From: a phage
Sequence record: PX907427.1
Strand: one strand, 5' to 3'
DNA: 6,085 bases
Positions 4,395 to 6,085 of the stretch are shown in pieces; positions within the stretch are counted from its first letter, which is position 1; each line of letters opens with the position of its first letter. A program made the translations under genes and the position numbers. The notes under the pieces were generated by a model. The model was not told the origin of the DNA. It ran no database searches and was given only the letters and a program-made list of their open reading frames with translations.

Positions 4395-4958
4395 ATGTAT
4401 CAGAATTTTGTTACTAAGCACGATACCGCTATTCAGACCTCTCGCTTCTCTGTTACTGGCAATATCACTCCTGTTGCCCCTACTGGTAATATTCCTATTA
4501 TCAATGGTGGTAGCATTACCGCTGAGCATGCTGTTGTTAGTCTTTACGCTAATATGAATGTTGGTACCTCTTCTGATGGTTCTTTCATTGTTGCTATGAA
4601 GGTTGATACCTCTCCGGCTGACCCTAACTGCGTTATCTCTGCTGGTGTTAACCTTAGTTTTGCTGGCACTTCGTACCCGATTGTTGGTATTGTTCGTTTT
4701 GAGTCTGCTTCTGAGCAGCCCACATCTATTGCTGGTAGTCAGATTGAACATTACCCGATTGAAATGTCTGTTGGTTCCGGTGGTGTTTGTTCTGCTCGTG
4801 ATTGTGCTACTGTTGATATTCATCCTCGCACTTTCGGCAATAATGTTTTTGTTGGTGTGATTTGTTCTAGTGCTAAATGGACCTCCGGTCGTGTGCTTGG
4901 TACTATCGCGACTACTCAGGTTATTCATGAATACCAAGTTCTTCAGCCGCTTAAATAA
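4395..4958 (+). CDS. G: Major spike protein G, 187 aa
   Basis: Position after F and conserved blocks versus phiX174 G from memory (VRFES, PRT.GNNV.VG, C-terminal LQPLK). Confidence 0.95.
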   Translation: MYQNFVTKHDTAIQTSRFSVTGNITPVAPTGNIPIINGGSITAEHAVVSLYANMNVGTSSDGSFIVAMKVDTSPADPNCVISAGVNLSFAGTSYPIVGIVRFESASEQPTSIAGSQIEHYPIEMSVGSGGVCSARDCATVDIHPRTFGNNVFVGVICSSAKWTSGRVLGTIATTQVIHEYQVLQPLK

Positions 4959-5041
4959 AAGGCCGCCGCACTCCCGGTTATATGCCTGCCCAGTGTAGGG
5001 CGGACCGAGCCGTACGGAGATACCCGATAAACTAGGAACGT

Positions 5042-5068
5042 GGAAGGCGTTAGCCGCCTTCCCTCCTG
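5042..5068 (+). other. Candidate complementary (-) strand origin element: perfect 8-bp hairpin followed by CTG, of the primase-dependent G4 type
   Basis: ggaaggcg (5042-5049) pairs with cgccttcc (5055-5062), loop ttagc; CTG at 5066-5068 lies 3 nt 3' of the stem. Sits in the only sizeable non-coding spacer apart from H-A (G-H, 4959-5092). Confidence 0.35.
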
Positions 5069-5092
5069 CTAAGCCCAAAAGGAGTTACAGCG

Positions 5093-6085
5093 ATGTTAGG
5101 TGCTGTTGTTGGTGGTATTGCCTCAGCCTTAGCTGGTGGTGCCGCTTCAAAATTATTCGGAGGCTCTCAGCGTGGAGTTTCTGTTATGCAGCAAGGTGCC
5201 GAGTCTGCCGGATTGACTAACGGTGGCGGTGCCATTTCTATGGATAATGACCAAGGTATTCAGTCTGCTATTCAAGGCTCGAATGTTCCTCCTGCTGGTC
5301 AGCTTCCTGAGTCTCAGAATTCTGGTGTTATGGCTGATGCTGGTAATATGCTTCGCAATGCTGGAAAGTCCTTGCTTGACGGAACTATTCAGGCTGGCTC
5401 TGATAAAGTTAAACAAGCCCTTATTGATAAGTTGATTGGAGGTAATGATGCCAAAGATCGAGGAAAAGCCACCCGTGATTACTTGGCTGCGGCCTTCCCT
5501 GAGCTCAACCCATGGGAACGTGCTGGAGCTGGTGCTTCCACTGCCGGGTTAGAGTCCTCTGCTCAGAATCAGCAGAAAGAGATGTTGAAGATGCAATTGG
5601 ATAATCAGAAAGATATTGCAAAAATGCAGATGGATAATAATTTGCAGATTGCTGGTATTCAGTCTGCCACCTCTCGTCAAAATACAAAGGATTCTGTTTA
5701 TGCCCAGAATGAGATGCTTCAGTATAATCAACGTGAGTCGCAGGCACGCGTTGCGTCTATCCTCGCCAACACTGACCTTACGACTAAACAAGCCACCCAT
5801 GAAATTATGAGGATGGCCCTTACCCGCGCTCAGGAGACTGGTCAGCATTTGACTAACTCTCAGATTATGGCTTTGGAGAAAAAGGTTTATGCAGAAATTG
5901 GCAAAATTCATCAAGATACTCAAAATTCTCGCTATGGTAGCTCTCAAGTTACTGCCGCAGCGAAAGACGTTACGAATATGATTACTGATGCCTCTTCAGG
6001 CCTTGCTGATTGGGCTTCTCAGCAGTGGAATTCGTTCTTTAAGGATGGCAAGTCCAACGGTATTTCTTTTAATACTAGAAAATAA
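5093..6085 (+). CDS. H: Minor spike / DNA pilot protein H, 330 aa
   Basis: N-terminal glycine-rich hydrophobic segment GGIASALAGGA.SKLFGG and central block KDTRDYLAAAFPELN.WERAGA...IAGIQSATSRQNTKD.VYAQNEML match phiX174 H from memory. AAGGAG (5079-5084) lies 8 nt upstream of ATG 5093. Stop TAA is the last 3 nt of the window. Confidence 0.95.
   Translation: MLGAVVGGIASALAGGAASKLFGGSQRGVSVMQQGAESAGLTNGGGAISMDNDQGIQSAIQGSNVPPAGQLPESQNSGVMADAGNMLRNAGKSLLDGTIQAGSDKVKQALIDKLIGGNDAKDRGKATRDYLAAAFPELNPWERAGAGASTAGLESSAQNQQKEMLKMQLDNQKDIAKMQMDNNLQIAGIQSATSRQNTKDSVYAQNEMLQYNQRESQARVASILANTDLTTKQATHEIMRMALTRAQETGQHLTNSQIMALEKKVYAEIGKIHQDTQNSRYGSSQVTAAAKDVTNMITDASSGLADWASQQWNSFFKDGKSNGISFNTRK

Noticed and set aside
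4603-4860. Very hydrophobic leucine-rich + strand ORFs in alternate frames of A, F, G and H (4603-4860, 3174-3395, 4026-4352, 3474-3917, 1324-1632, 781-1026, 5223-5435, 5616-5810)
   Set aside because: T-rich third codon positions of the real genes become second positions in the +1 frame, producing runs of Leu/Val/Phe codons automatically. None has an SD or corresponds to a known overlapping microvirus gene (only B, K and E are established). E arose this way, so they are not impossible, but there is no positive evidence.
5011-5016. CGTACG palindrome (within CCGTACGG) in the G-H spacer
   Set aside because: A 6-8 nt palindrome is expected by chance in 6 kb and cannot form a stable hairpin on its own (no loop); noted only as part of the structured G-H spacer.
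1-6085. Search for tRNA, rRNA, CRISPR repeats, insertion sequences, integrase or attachment-site repeats
   Set aside because: No cloverleaf-like segments, regularly spaced direct repeats, terminal inverted repeats or recombinase-like ORFs were seen; the genome is fully accounted for by microvirus genes and intergenic elements.

Overview
The window reads as a complete, circularly permuted genome of a phiX174-family microvirus (Microviridae, Bullavirinae). It starts immediately after the gene H stop codon and ends on that stop codon (6083-6085). All genes are on the + strand in the canonical order A(A*)-B-K-C-D-E-J-F-G-H, with the usual overlaps (B inside A, K across the A/C boundary, E inside D) and strong T bias at codon third positions. 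Gene identities rest on my recollection of the phiX174 protein sequences; no database search was run. The 24-aa J protein, the roughly 6.1 kb size, the 134-nt G-H spacer and the 758-nt H-A spacer point to the alpha3/St-1-like lineage rather than phiX174 or G4 (recollection, not verified). The viral-strand origin (30-mer at 1002-1031) lies inside gene A. The most interesting part is the long H-A region (1-758). It carries coding-like signal for three tightly packed + strand ORFs (66-434, 438-527, 524-700) with Shine-Dalgarno motifs, an in-frame single-stop junction and a GTGA start/stop overlap. These are not among the 11 canonical microvirus genes and I cannot assign a function. The same region has a terminator-like hairpin (27-65) and a near-consensus sigma70 promoter plus hairpin directly upstream of gene A (697-755). 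The G-H spacer contains a perfect 8-bp hairpin followed by CTG, a candidate primase-dependent complementary-strand origin. No tRNA, rRNA, CRISPR array or mobile element is present.
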